Positions 8,262 to 17,871 of a stretch of 64,000 nucleotides of DNA are shown here, piece after piece. The DNA is from an uncultured virus (IMG/VR IMGVR_UViG_3300028571_000887) (lineage: Duplodnaviria; Heunggongvirae; Uroviricota; Caudoviricetes), in IMG/VR virus record IMGVR_UViG_3300028571_000887; one strand, 5' to 3'. A program made the position numbers and the translations under genes. The notes beneath the pieces were generated by a model. The model had not been told where the DNA came from. It made no database searches and worked only from the letters and a program-made list of their open reading frames with translations. How positions within the stretch are numbered: position 1 is the stretch's first letter; each line of letters begins with the position of its first letter.

Positions 8262-11200
8262 TTGTCAACCCAATTTTCTTTTCATTTAACTGAAGATTTT
8301 GTATTAAAATATAAAGAAGAAAGTCCCCCGTGGGGATTCCAAGATGCTGGATCTAACGCTCTTGGCGAGATAACTTTTGTAAGAACTTATTCGAGACGAA
8401 AAGAAGATGGGACCAAAGAAAAATGGTTTGAAGTTTGTCAAAGAGTAATTGAAGGAATGTATTCAATTCAAAAAGATTGGGCAAAATCAAATCGCCTTCC
8501 ATGGAATGATAGAAAAGCACAAGCATCTGCACAAGAAGCTTTTGATAGAATGTTCACGCTAAAGTGGACACCTCCAGGTAGGGGGCTTTGGATGATGGGT
8601 ACAAATCTTGTAATGGAAAAGAAAAATTCTGCGGCCCTTCAAAACTGTTTCACGGGAGAGACCCGTTTCATCACTCGTGACGGCATCCGCACCCTCGCGG
8701 AGGCTAACGGCGAAGAAGTTGAGGTCTGGACCGCCAGTGGCTGGGAGAAGGCAACCGTCAACTCTTTCGGCGTACAGCTTGTGCAGCGCATTACGTTCGC
8801 TCCTTTCGGTGCTCGCAGCAATCACAGGGTAGTGGAGACCGCCACTCCCGATCACCGCTGGGAACTTAAAGACGGCACCGTCACGACGACACTCAAGATC
8901 AATGACGTTGTTCCGGCACAGTCCGTGCGTGACGAGTCCCCACACCAAGATGCCTACATCCACGGGCTGATCTTCGCGGACGGATCAATTAATTACACAT
9001 ATAAGAATGGCGAATTCAGCCACATGATGCGGCTATGTGGGGACAAGGCCAACGAGGTTGGCCATTTCAGCACCATTCACTATCAGCCCAACTGCGACGG
9101 CGACCCGGTTGTATACTACCGCAGCGCTACGAACATGAAGGCGCTGCCAACCACCGACGATCCAGCGTACATCTCCTCGTTCATTAACGGCTGGGCCAAG
9201 TTCGACGGCGCCTTGCAAAGCACCGGCACGATTGTGGTCTCTACTCAGAACCACGAGGCAGCAGACTGGCTTATTGACCACGCCGCTATCGGTGGGTACA
9301 CGGTGATCGGCGTTAACACGATAGACAACGAAACTAACTTCGGACCCCGCTCTGCTCCGTTAGTTCGAGTCTCGCTCTCCCCGATTCAGAAGTTTTGGAC
9401 CGTTAAGAGCATTGAACCTTTGGACTACCCCGAGACCGTCTACTGCGCCGTAGTTCCCAAAACCGAGCGGTTTACTTTGGCGAGCGGTGTATACACATCT
9501 AACTGCGCCTTTGTTTCCACAAAAGACATTGATCGTAATGATCCTGGTGATTTGTTTGGGTGGACGATGGATGCTCTAATGCTTGGCATTGGTGTTGGTT
9601 TCGATACCTTGGGACAAGACAAAGATATGGAAATATTTAATCCATCTAGTGAAGAAAATGTTTATGTTGTTCCAGATACCCGTGAAGGCTGGGTAGAATC
9701 ATTAAGACTAATTTTAAATTCTTATCTTAGACAAAATCAAATGTCTGTAACATTTGACTATTCAGAAGTAAGGTTAGCGGGAGAACCTATTCGTGGATTT
9801 GGTGGAACCTCGTCTGGTCCAGAACCATTGATGAAGTTACACGAAAATATAAGAAAAGTTATAGGGGGTCGTATTGGAGAAAAGCTTGACTCTCGTGCCA
9901 TTGTTGATATTGTAAACCTTATCGGTACTTGCGTTGTAAGTGGAAACGTAAGGCGTAGTGCAACCCTGTCACTAGGAACTCCAAACGATAAAGATTTTAT
10001 AAATTTAAAAAATGCTGAGATATTTCCAGAAAGAAACTCATTTGATTCAGAAAATCCAGGGTGGGCATGGATGAGTAACAATAGTATTGCAGCAGAGATA
10101 GGAACAAAATACGAAGACTATATTGATTTAATTGCAGACAACGGGGAACCTGGATTTATCTGGCTAGACGTTACCAGAAATTGGGGAAGAACAATAGACC
10201 CAAAGGATGGAAAAGATTATAGAATCATGGGATTCAATCCCTCACTGGTTGCTGGAACAAAGCTTTGGACTGACGGCGGGATCAAAGAGATCCAAGAACT
10301 AGAAGGCAAAGATTTTATTGTAAATAACATTGATGGTAAAAAGTCAGAGGCATCGTGCTGGAAGTCAGGGGTAAATAAAAAAGTTTATTCGGTTAACCTT
10401 AAAGGAGGACACCATTATGAAGCAACAGAAGAACATAAGTGGCCAGTATACAGAGACGGACAGTTTAAAAAAGTAAAGACTTTGGACCTTGCCCCTGGAG
10501 ATAAGCTCCCTAATTTAATAACGAAAGAAGTGTATCCAAACGGAGAAAATGGGTCAAGACTTGAGGGATTTATCATTGGATGGAACTTGGGAGACGGCTG
10601 GATTACGGACAGATCGGGCAAGCCAAAAACAAACAAAAAAGATTCTAGGCAGATTGGATTTATTGTTGCCGGACAATCCGACATTGATTCAGGAATAAAC
10701 AAAATAATTACAGATTTCCTAGGAGAACTTGGATCAGCCTCAACTCTAATGAACAAGACAGAGATAAACGTAAACAATCCAAAACTTAGAGAAATGTTTG
10801 ATAGATTTTCGGTAAGTAATAAAAAAAATGGACTTCCAAATTCTGTCTGGGACCACACGTTCTCTGATCAGTACAGAGTTGGCCTAATTGATGGGCTTAT
10901 TTCCTCTGATGGATCTGTAGATATGAATCATAAGAGAATCGTTTTTTCTTCGGCACACAAGAAGATAACAGAAGATCTTTCGTCACTTTTAGGATTCTTT
11001 GGAATAAAAACTTCAATAGAATCAACTTCCAGTATTATGTCATTTTTAGGCAACCCGGAAAAAGAATATTTTAGGCATACCCTTAAAATTTCTGGATATG
11101 AAAATGTTTGTAATTTTTCAGAAATTATTTCATTAACCAACACAGACAAACAAAACAAAATTGACTCCATTGTAAGACTTGGGAAGAAAAAAGGAAAAGA

Positions 11201-13229
11201 TGAAAGTTCTTTTATTGAAGTCAAGTCTGTTGAGTTTTCTCGTCATGCTGATGTTTGGGACGTTACAGTTCGTGATACAACTCATGCATTCCAGCTAGAT
11301 CACTGCATTACAGGAAACTGTGCCGAACAACCACTTGAATCTTTTGAGTTATGTGTTTCGGGAGACACCCTTGTTCATACAAAAAATAATGGAACAAAAA
11401 CAATAAAATCTCTTGTTGGTAAAAATGTAGATATTTGGAATGGTAAAGAATGGACAGAAGTTACCCCATTTTCTACTGGCAAAAACTCCCTACATAGAGT
11501 AACGCTTTCTGATGGCTCTTACCTAGACGCTACACCAAAACACCAATGGAGTGCAAAAACAAAAACGGAATCAATTTTTAAAAAGAGAACCACTGAAGAG
11601 CTTAAAGTAGGAATGATTCTTCCAGAATTTTCTTTAACAGAGCATGTGGGAAAAAGATTTGAAGATGCGTATAGGTGGGGATGGTTTATTGGTGATGGGT
11701 ATGTTGATAATGGATACGCTATAGCAATTGTTCAAGAACATGAAGCAGATACAGTATTTCCCTTACTTGATGGAAAAGTTCGTGCAATAAGAAAACAATC
11801 AACAACAGATAGCAAGTGGTATCCAGTTGTATTGAATGAGTATATTCCAATTGAGATTGCAACAGAAATTAGAAAAGAAGACAGAATTCCTTCAGAGGTT
11901 TTTGATTGGGATAAACAATCTTTGTCAGAATTTTTTGGTGGTTGGATAGACACAGATGGATCATTAATCAAAAATCCTAGAACGGATCACTATGTTTTGT
12001 ATGGTAGTGAAGGTAAGTTAAGAGATGCTCAAATTCTGCTAAGAAAGATTGGAGTCAACCACTCAACATTGAGACAGTTTGGAAAACTTGGAGATGAAAC
12101 AAACAAGGGTGTTAGGTCTAGAGATCTCTATAGGCTGTTAGTTCCATCATATGAAGCAGAAAATATTTCCACACATCTAAAGGTTGCCAAGAGGTTTGGA
12201 ACTAAGTATGCCAAAAACAATGCACATCCATTGTCAATTATTGACAGATCTAGAAAACAAAAAATTGTAAGTATTGAATTGATTTCTGATGAAGCAGATA
12301 CTTATTGTTTTACAGAGCCAAAGACCGGAATGGGTGTTTTTGGAAACGTTATAACATACCAATGCACTCTAGTAGAAGTGCATCTAAATAGACATGAAGA
12401 CAAAGCAGACTTTATGCGTACATTAAAGTTTGCATATCTTTACGGAAAAACTGTTACCTTGCTGTCTACTCACTGGCAACAAACAAATGCAATTATGCAA
12501 AGAAATCGTAGAATTGGAACATCTCTTACTGGCATTGCGTCATTTGCTGACTCAAGGGGGCTTCCAGAGCTAAGGGAATGGATGGATGAAGGCTATGGAA
12601 AGATCCGCCACTACGACAATAAGTATTCAGAATGGCTTTGCGTAAGAGAATCAATTAGGGTCACAACAGTAAAGCCATCAGGAAGCGTTAGCATCCTGTC
12701 TGGGGCAACTCCAGGAGTTCACTGGGGCCCAGGAGGTAAATACTTTTTAAGGGCTATACGCTTTGGAGACTCTGATCCTCTTCTTCATTTATTTAAAGCG
12801 GCAGGATATAAAATAGAAAAAGATGTTGTGTCTTCAAACACACAGGTAGTTTATTTCCCAATATCATCAGAGCACGAAAGAAGTGAACAAGAAGTTTCTT
12901 TATTTGAAAAAATTGGACTTGCTGCTACCGCTCAAAAATATTGGTCAGACAACGGGGTATCGGTAACTTTGTCTTTTGATAAAGAAACAGAAACAAAGAA
13001 TGTTGCTCCAGCCCTTCACATGTACGAGGGTCAATTAAAGGCAGTATCATTCTTGCCCATGGGAAATCAAACGTATCCTCAACAACCATACACTCAAATA
13101 ACTCAAGCGGAGTACGAGTCCCACCTTGGAAAAATAATGAAGATAGATTTTTCTGCTATTTATGATGGAGTAGACAATCTAGAAGCTCAAGGTGAAAGAT
13201 TTTGTACCAACGATGTTTGTGTTATTTAG
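8262..13229 (+). CDS. nrdJ: Class II (adenosylcobalamin-dependent, monomeric RTPR-type) ribonucleotide reductase precursor with three inteins; about 673 aa after splicing
   Basis: RTYSR, PPGRGLW, GVGFD, GNVRRSA, spliced NP-CAEQ-x7-CTL, TTVKPSG, C-terminal CTNDVC. Confidence 0.95.
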   Translation: MSTQFSFHLTEDFVLKYKEESPPWGFQDAGSNALGEITFVRTYSRRKEDGTKEKWFEVCQRVIEGMYSIQKDWAKSNRLPWNDRKAQASAQEAFDRMFTLKWTPPGRGLWMMGTNLVMEKKNSAALQNCFTGETRFITRDGIRTLAEANGEEVEVWTASGWEKATVNSFGVQLVQRITFAPFGARSNHRVVETATPDHRWELKDGTVTTTLKINDVVPAQSVRDESPHQDAYIHGLIFADGSINYTYKNGEFSHMMRLCGDKANEVGHFSTIHYQPNCDGDPVVYYRSATNMKALPTTDDPAYISSFINGWAKFDGALQSTGTIVVSTQNHEAADWLIDHAAIGGYTVIGVNTIDNETNFGPRSAPLVRVSLSPIQKFWTVKSIEPLDYPETVYCAVVPKTERFTLASGVYTSNCAFVSTKDIDRNDPGDLFGWTMDALMLGIGVGFDTLGQDKDMEIFNPSSEENVYVVPDTREGWVESLRLILNSYLRQNQMSVTFDYSEVRLAGEPIRGFGGTSSGPEPLMKLHENIRKVIGGRIGEKLDSRAIVDIVNLIGTCVVSGNVRRSATLSLGTPNDKDFINLKNAEIFPERNSFDSENPGWAWMSNNSIAAEIGTKYEDYIDLIADNGEPGFIWLDVTRNWGRTIDPKDGKDYRIMGFNPSLVAGTKLWTDGGIKEIQELEGKDFIVNNIDGKKSEASCWKSGVNKKVYSVNLKGGHHYEATEEHKWPVYRDGQFKKVKTLDLAPGDKLPNLITKEVYPNGENGSRLEGFIIGWNLGDGWITDRSGKPKTNKKDSRQIGFIVAGQSDIDSGINKIITDFLGELGSASTLMNKTEINVNNPKLREMFDRFSVSNKKNGLPNSVWDHTFSDQYRVGLIDGLISSDGSVDMNHKRIVFSSAHKKITEDLSSLLGFFGIKTSIESTSSIMSFLGNPEKEYFRHTLKISGYENVCNFSEIISLTNTDKQNKIDSIVRLGKKKGKDESSFIEVKSVEFSRHADVWDVTVRDTTHAFQLDHCITGNCAEQPLESFELCVSGDTLVHTKNNGTKTIKSLVGKNVDIWNGKEWTEVTPFSTGKNSLHRVTLSDGSYLDATPKHQWSAKTKTESIFKKRTTEELKVGMILPEFSLTEHVGKRFEDAYRWGWFIGDGYVDNGYAIAIVQEHEADTVFPLLDGKVRAIRKQSTTDSKWYPVVLNEYIPIEIATEIRKEDRIPSEVFDWDKQSLSEFFGGWIDTDGSLIKNPRTDHYVLYGSEGKLRDAQILLRKIGVNHSTLRQFGKLGDETNKGVRSRDLYRLLVPSYEAENISTHLKVAKRFGTKYAKNNAHPLSIIDRSRKQKIVSIELISDEADTYCFTEPKTGMGVFGNVITYQCTLVEVHLNRHEDKADFMRTLKFAYLYGKTVTLLSTHWQQTNAIMQRNRRIGTSLTGIASFADSRGLPELREWMDEGYGKIRHYDNKYSEWLCVRESIRVTTVKPSGSVSILSGATPGVHWGPGGKYFLRAIRFGDSDPLLHLFKAAGYKIEKDVVSSNTQVVYFPISSEHERSEQEVSLFEKIGLAATAQKYWSDNGVSVTLSFDKETETKNVAPALHMYEGQLKAVSFLPMGNQTYPQQPYTQITQAEYESHLGKIMKIDFSAIYDGVDNLEAQGERFCTNDVCVI
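8646..9503 (+). mobile_element. Intein 1 in NrdJ (286 aa, LAGLIDADG endonuclease motifs)
   Basis: LQN|CFTGETRF...ATPDHRW...GLIFADG...GWAKFDG...VYCAVV...GVYTSN|CAFV; clearly more GC-rich than its flanks. Confidence 0.93.
10242..11318 (+). mobile_element. Intein 2 in NrdJ (359 aa, Ser1, LAGLIDADG motifs)
   Basis: GFNP|SLVAGTKL...ATEEHKW...GWNLGDG...GLISSDG...VWDVTV...CITGN|CAEQ. Confidence 0.93.
11352..12362 (+). mobile_element. Intein 3 in NrdJ (337 aa, C-terminal Gln, LAGLIDADG motifs)
   Basis: SFEL|CVSGDTLV...ATPKHQW...GWFIGDG...GWIDTDG...TYCFTE...NVITYQ|CTLVEV. Confidence 0.92.
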
Positions 13230-13291
13230 TTTTTTACATTGTTGTGGTTATGTTTTTGTATAAAACTGCATAATGTGGTAGAATTGGTTAC

Positions 13292-13636
13292 ATGAGTAGT
13301 GGGAAATCAAAACTAACCGTCATAGAAAAACAAAGAAAAGACGGGATATATGTCTGGAGACTTCCAGATGGAGAAATAGTCAAGGATGGAAACGGTAACA
13401 CAATGAATATTCCATCTAAAATTCATGACCTAGATTCTATTTCAAAAATAACCAATGCCGCTAGGCACTATGGATTTTTTGATGGTAAGGCAGAATTCAT
13501 GCCAGGAGTCCGTAGGGTGTCTGACGAAGAATACTCCGAACAGATCAATAGACTAAAGGAAGGCTACATCCCTAGCGATACCGATCTAGGCGCATGGATG
13601 GATGCTGCAAGGGGGATCAAAAAGCATGGAGAATGA
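13292..13636 (+). CDS. Hypothetical protein upstream of portal
   Basis: 114-aa ORF; TGGTAGAAT extended -10 lies 7 nt before the ATG. Confidence 0.7.
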   Translation: MSSGKSKLTVIEKQRKDGIYVWRLPDGEIVKDGNGNTMNIPSKIHDLDSISKITNAARHYGFFDGKAEFMPGVRRVSDEEYSEQINRLKEGYIPSDTDLGAWMDAARGIKKHGE

Positions 13637-15182
13637 CGAAGAAACAGAATACAGAGCAAAGATAGATAGGCCAGAATCTTCAATAAAGAAAACAGTAGTT
13701 GATGAGTTTGCATCAAACTATGAAGAAGTGAAGAAATTTGACGGCCTTGACAATAATTTTAAAAGAAAAGCAGCCAGAAGTAATAAAGTTTGGACTGGAG
13801 CAGATTCAACTAAGTCTAAGCAACTAATTCCAGTTCAAGACGTAGTAACCGCATATGGCCTTTTTGATGTTGTAATTCCCCCCTACAACCTTGACGAATT
13901 GGCAACATTCTTTGATAGCTCTTTTGCTAATCACGCAGCCATAAACGCAAAGGTGGCCAACATCGTTGGCCTTGGATATTCTTTTGATATAACAGAGTCA
14001 GTTATGCAAGCCCTTGAGGAAGCTCCAAACAATGAATCTATGATGAGAGCAAGAAGGAAAGTAGAAAGAGCCAAGGTAGAAGTTTCAAACTGGATAGAAG
14101 AAAGAAATGATGAAGACACCTTTACGCATATTTTAGAAAAAGTTTGGACAGATTACGAAGCAACTGGAAATGGTTACATAGAAATTGGTAGAACAGTTGC
14201 TGGAGAGATTGGTTATATTGGACACATTCCAGCCACAACAATTAGAGTTAGAAGGTTAAGAGACGGGTACATTCAGATAGTAAATCAAAAAACAGTATTC
14301 TTTAAAAACTTTCAAGACAAAACTACTCCAAATAATATAACTACTGACCCCAGGCCAAATGAATTAATTCATCTAAAGAAATATACTCCAAAGAATAGTT
14401 ACTATGGAATTCCAGATATTTTGTCATCTTCCATGGCTGTGGTTGGAGATCAACTAGCTGCTAAATACAACATAGATTATTTTGAGAATAAAGCAGTTCC
14501 AAGATATGTTGTCACCCTTAAAGGTGCAAAACTTTCAAATGACTCAGAGGACAAGTTATTTAGATTTATGCAGTCGGGATTAAAGGGGCAAAATCATAGA
14601 ACTTTATTTATTCCCCTTCCAGCGGATTCACCAGACAACAAGGTTGAGTTTAAGATGGAACCAATTGAGAATGGTGTTCAAGAAGGGTCATTTGAAAAGT
14701 ATCATAAGTCAAATCGTGAAGATATATTCATTTCTCATCAAACCCCGATATCAAAGGTTGGCGGAGGACAAGGACAATCAATTGCAGCAGCCCTTGCGTC
14801 TGACAGGACTTTTAAAGAACAAGTTGCTCGTCCAGCCCAAAGAATGTTAGAAAAAGTTTTAAACAAGATTATAAAAGAAAAAACCAACATGTTTAAGCTA
14901 AAACTAAACGAGTTGACTTTAACAGATGAAAATACTCAAAGTCAAATTGACGAAAGATATTTGAAAACGCAAGTAATTGTTCCAAATGAAGTTAGAACAA
15001 GAATTGGATTGCCAATGCGTGACGGAGGTCAAGATCCAGTAGAGCTTACCTCTCAACAAAGAGCAGAAAACTCTGCAGCAGGAAACAGACAAAGAGATAC
15101 TGAAAGACAAAACAACGCAACAGATTCCACCGCCACACCAACTGGAAGAAATCCAGGTGGCGAAGGAAGAGTAGTTCAGTAA
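13626..15182 (+). CDS. Portal protein
   Basis: PPYNL, DYEATGNGYIEI, HIPATTIR, YYGIPD, YFENKAVP, PNEVR; first gene of the head module. Confidence 0.9.
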   Translation: MENDEETEYRAKIDRPESSIKKTVVDEFASNYEEVKKFDGLDNNFKRKAARSNKVWTGADSTKSKQLIPVQDVVTAYGLFDVVIPPYNLDELATFFDSSFANHAAINAKVANIVGLGYSFDITESVMQALEEAPNNESMMRARRKVERAKVEVSNWIEERNDEDTFTHILEKVWTDYEATGNGYIEIGRTVAGEIGYIGHIPATTIRVRRLRDGYIQIVNQKTVFFKNFQDKTTPNNITTDPRPNELIHLKKYTPKNSYYGIPDILSSSMAVVGDQLAAKYNIDYFENKAVPRYVVTLKGAKLSNDSEDKLFRFMQSGLKGQNHRTLFIPLPADSPDNKVEFKMEPIENGVQEGSFEKYHKSNREDIFISHQTPISKVGGGQGQSIAAALASDRTFKEQVARPAQRMLEKVLNKIIKEKTNMFKLKLNELTLTDENTQSQIDERYLKTQVIVPNEVRTRIGLPMRDGGQDPVELTSQQRAENSAAGNRQRDTERQNNATDSTATPTGRNPGGEGRVVQ

Positions 15183-15197
15183 TATATTTAAAAATAC

Positions 15198-16559
15198 ATG
15201 TATAATGGTGATGACATGACTACATTTGAAAAAGCTTTTTGGGTTACAAATGGAGACTCTATTTCAGTTCAAGTTCCAATCTCCAAAGTAGACCAAAGCA
15301 AAAGAATTGTTTCAGGGTGGGCAACCACTGACGTTGTTGACAAGCAGGGTGACATTGTTAATGCGGAAGCGTCAGCAAGAGCTTTTGACAAGTTTAGGGG
15401 TAACGTTAGAGAACAACACACTCCGCTAGCAGTTGGAAAAGTAGTGTCTTTTAGGCAAGACAAGTATTTCGACAAGGAATCTAAAACATTTTATAATGGT
15501 GTTTATGTTGACGTATATGTTTCCAAGGGTGCGGAAGATACATGGCACAAGGTTACCGAAGGAATTCTAACAGGATTTTCAATTGGCGGTAACATCAAAG
15601 ACTCAGAACAAGTTTACAACAAAGAAATCGGTGCTCCAGTAAGGGTAATCAAAGATTACGACCTGTATGAGCTGTCTTTAGTTGACAATCCAGCAAACCA
15701 AACTTCTAATGTTGTGTCTATTCAAAAATTTGAAAATGAAAACGACGGGGAGATAATTGAGAAAAATTATTTAGAAAATGTATTCTGGTGTTCAGATACT
15801 GGAAACATTATTCTAAGTCAAGAAGAATCATACGTCTCACCACAAAGCAATAAATCAATGGTAAACATTGGTTTTGTTGAAAGCACTGATATTAATAAAT
15901 CAGAAACAATAAAGAATCTTTTAGATGATTTTGAAAAAGTTTCGGGTGAAGAACCCGAATTAGTGGCGATTGACAAAGTAGCCAAGTCAATTGCTAAAGA
16001 AAATGAAAAGGAGGGAAATAACGTGGGAATTCTAAATAGAAAGAATACAGATCCAATCGAAGAAGTAATCGCTAAATCTGACGAAGCAACCGAAGAAGTG
16101 GTAGACGCTCCTGTCGAAGAGGCAGTTGAAGAAGCGGCTGAAATTGTTGAAGAAGCAGAGGTTGCTGAAGATGAGGCCGAAGAGTCTCTTGAAGAAGTTG
16201 TAGAGGCAACAGAAGAAACGGTTGAGAAGTCCACTACTCCTGCAGAAGGCAACGAAGACTTGGCAAAAGCTGTAGATGAAATTAAAGTTTCAGTTGTTGG
16301 TGCAGTAGAAGAGCTTTCCGCAGCAATCAAAAGTATTGCTGACCAGGTAGCCGAACTTACAAAGTCAATCAGCGGTGTTTCAGAGGAAGTGTCCGTTGTA
16401 AAGGGTAGTGTTGAAGAGTTTGGACAGCGTGTAGATGTTATTGAAAATGACACCGCTGTTCGCAAGTCTGGCGATCTTGGCGGGATCGTGCAGGAAGATA
16501 AAACAGAAAAGTCGATGTGGGGCGGTCGTTTCCTCAATTCCGCTGACCTATATCGGTAA
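15198..16559 (+). CDS. HK97-type prohead protease fused to an acidic scaffold domain
   Basis: RIVSGWAT, DKQGD, REQH, TGFSIGG, ELSLVDNPAN; Glu-rich coiled-coil C-terminus. Confidence 0.9.
   Translation: MYNGDDMTTFEKAFWVTNGDSISVQVPISKVDQSKRIVSGWATTDVVDKQGDIVNAEASARAFDKFRGNVREQHTPLAVGKVVSFRQDKYFDKESKTFYNGVYVDVYVSKGAEDTWHKVTEGILTGFSIGGNIKDSEQVYNKEIGAPVRVIKDYDLYELSLVDNPANQTSNVVSIQKFENENDGEIIEKNYLENVFWCSDTGNIILSQEESYVSPQSNKSMVNIGFVESTDINKSETIKNLLDDFEKVSGEEPELVAIDKVAKSIAKENEKEGNNVGILNRKNTDPIEEVIAKSDEATEEVVDAPVEEAVEEAAEIVEEAEVAEDEAEESLEEVVEATEETVEKSTTPAEGNEDLAKAVDEIKVSVVGAVEELSAAIKSIADQVAELTKSISGVSEEVSVVKGSVEEFGQRVDVIENDTAVRKSGDLGGIVQEDKTEKSMWGGRFLNSADLYR
16023..16559 (+). CDS. Putative nested scaffolding protein (internal in-frame start)
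   Basis: AAGGAGGG at 16008-16015 precedes an in-frame GTG at 16023, right at the start of the acidic region. Confidence 0.6.
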   Translation: MGILNRKNTDPIEEVIAKSDEATEEVVDAPVEEAVEEAAEIVEEAEVAEDEAEESLEEVVEATEETVEKSTTPAEGNEDLAKAVDEIKVSVVGAVEELSAAIKSIADQVAELTKSISGVSEEVSVVKGSVEEFGQRVDVIENDTAVRKSGDLGGIVQEDKTEKSMWGGRFLNSADLYR

Positions 16560-16582
16560 TATTACAGGAGGTGAAAAATAAA

Positions 16583-17581
16583 ATGTCAGAAGAAATTATG
16601 GAAAAAGCCGCAGATGCAGGAGTAGTTGTATCTGGTGGCATTGGTGCAATCACAAATCCAACTGCTGGCGACCTTGGTGTCGTTGGCAGCACAACCGATG
16701 ATGGCGGTATCCTCAGTCCTGAGCAATCTCGCCAGTTTATTGAGTATATTTGGGAGCAGCAAGTTCTAGCACAAGACGGTCGCAAGGTAACTATGCGTTC
16801 AAATACTGCAGAACTTGAGAAGCTTAACGTAGGCGAGCGTGTTATCCGTGCTGCTAATCAAGCAGACGGAACTTACACAAACGCAGCCGTTGCCTTCACC
16901 AAGGTCGAAATTGTAACAAAGAAGATTAGACTAGACTGGGAGGTCGCAACTGAAGCCCTTGAGGATAACCTCGAAGGTATGCAGTTGGAAGATCACCTAG
17001 TTCGGGCTATGACTCGGGCCTTTGCAAATGACCTTGAAGATCTTGCCATCAACGGTGTTGGTTCAGGAACAAATGCGTTCTTGAAGATTCTTCAGGGCTT
17101 CTACGCAAAGGAAGCTTCTGGTAATCAGGCAGCAAGCGTAACTTCAAGTGGTTCTACATGGACCGTGCAAGACCTTCAGGATATCATCTTGGCAATGCCA
17201 CGTAAGTACCGTGGTTCAAGATCAGCCATGAAGTTCTACGCAGGTTCACCAACAATCTCAAGCCTACTAAATTCATTGGCTCAAACTGGTAATCTCAATT
17301 CAGAGAGAATCGTTGAGCGCATTGTTGATGGTAGCGTCCCACAGGTTGTAGGGGCTCCACTACAGTATCGCGTCCTAGGTCTACCAATCATGGAGGTTCC
17401 TTACCTTCCAGATGATTATGTCTCACTAACATTCCCAGAGAATCGTATTTGGGGATTCCAGAGAGATGTAACGGTTCACCGTGAGTTCAAGCCAAAGAAG
17501 GATACCGTGGAGTACACAGTGTTCGTTCGTTTTGGTGTTCAGATCGAAGAGACAGATGCAGTTGCCTTCGGCAGCAAGTAA
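16583..17581 (+). CDS. Major capsid protein (HK97 fold)
   Basis: Follows protease/scaffold; AGGAGG RBS; GGILSPEQSRQFI, EALEDN, DLEDLAING; biased codon usage; terminator follows. Confidence 0.9.
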   Translation: MSEEIMEKAADAGVVVSGGIGAITNPTAGDLGVVGSTTDDGGILSPEQSRQFIEYIWEQQVLAQDGRKVTMRSNTAELEKLNVGERVIRAANQADGTYTNAAVAFTKVEIVTKKIRLDWEVATEALEDNLEGMQLEDHLVRAMTRAFANDLEDLAINGVGSGTNAFLKILQGFYAKEASGNQAASVTSSGSTWTVQDLQDIILAMPRKYRGSRSAMKFYAGSPTISSLLNSLAQTGNLNSERIVERIVDGSVPQVVGAPLQYRVLGLPIMEVPYLPDDYVSLTFPENRIWGFQRDVTVHREFKPKKDTVEYTVFVRFGVQIEETDAVAFGSK

Positions 17582-17600
17582 TCTAAATCTCTAACGCTGC

Positions 17601-17635
17601 GGAGGGGGGTCTTGTACTCCCCTCCTAAGCTTTTT
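17601..17635 (+). terminator. Intrinsic terminator after MCP
   Basis: ggaggggggt-cttgt-actcccctcc stem, then a T run. Confidence 0.75.
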
Positions 17636-17667
17636 AGATGATATAATTAATAAAACAAGGAGGAATA

Positions 17668-17868
17668 ATGGCTATTAAAAAGGATGAAAAACAAAAAATA
17701 GATAAAGTTGCTGTTTTTGTTCCAAATCCACTTTATTGCACAGGACTTCCTAGATTAGAAAATGGATATAACATAATTTCCACAAGCGAAGCAGAGCAAT
17801 GGATGAAAATTTCAGACAAGGTAAGAGAGGCTAGCCCACAAGAGCTAGCAGTTTTCTTTGGAGTATAA
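17668..17868 (+). CDS. Hypothetical small head-region protein
   Basis: 66 aa; AGGAGG RBS; TGATATAAT upstream. Confidence 0.7.
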   Translation: MAIKKDEKQKIDKVAVFVPNPLYCTGLPRLENGYNIISTSEAEQWMKISDKVREASPQELAVFFGV

Positions 17869-17871
17869 AAT

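Noticed and set aside
15818..16537. 239-aa Ser/Thr-rich minus-strand ORF
   Set aside because: Antisense shadow of the Glu-rich scaffold (GAA codons read as TTC/TCT on the other strand).
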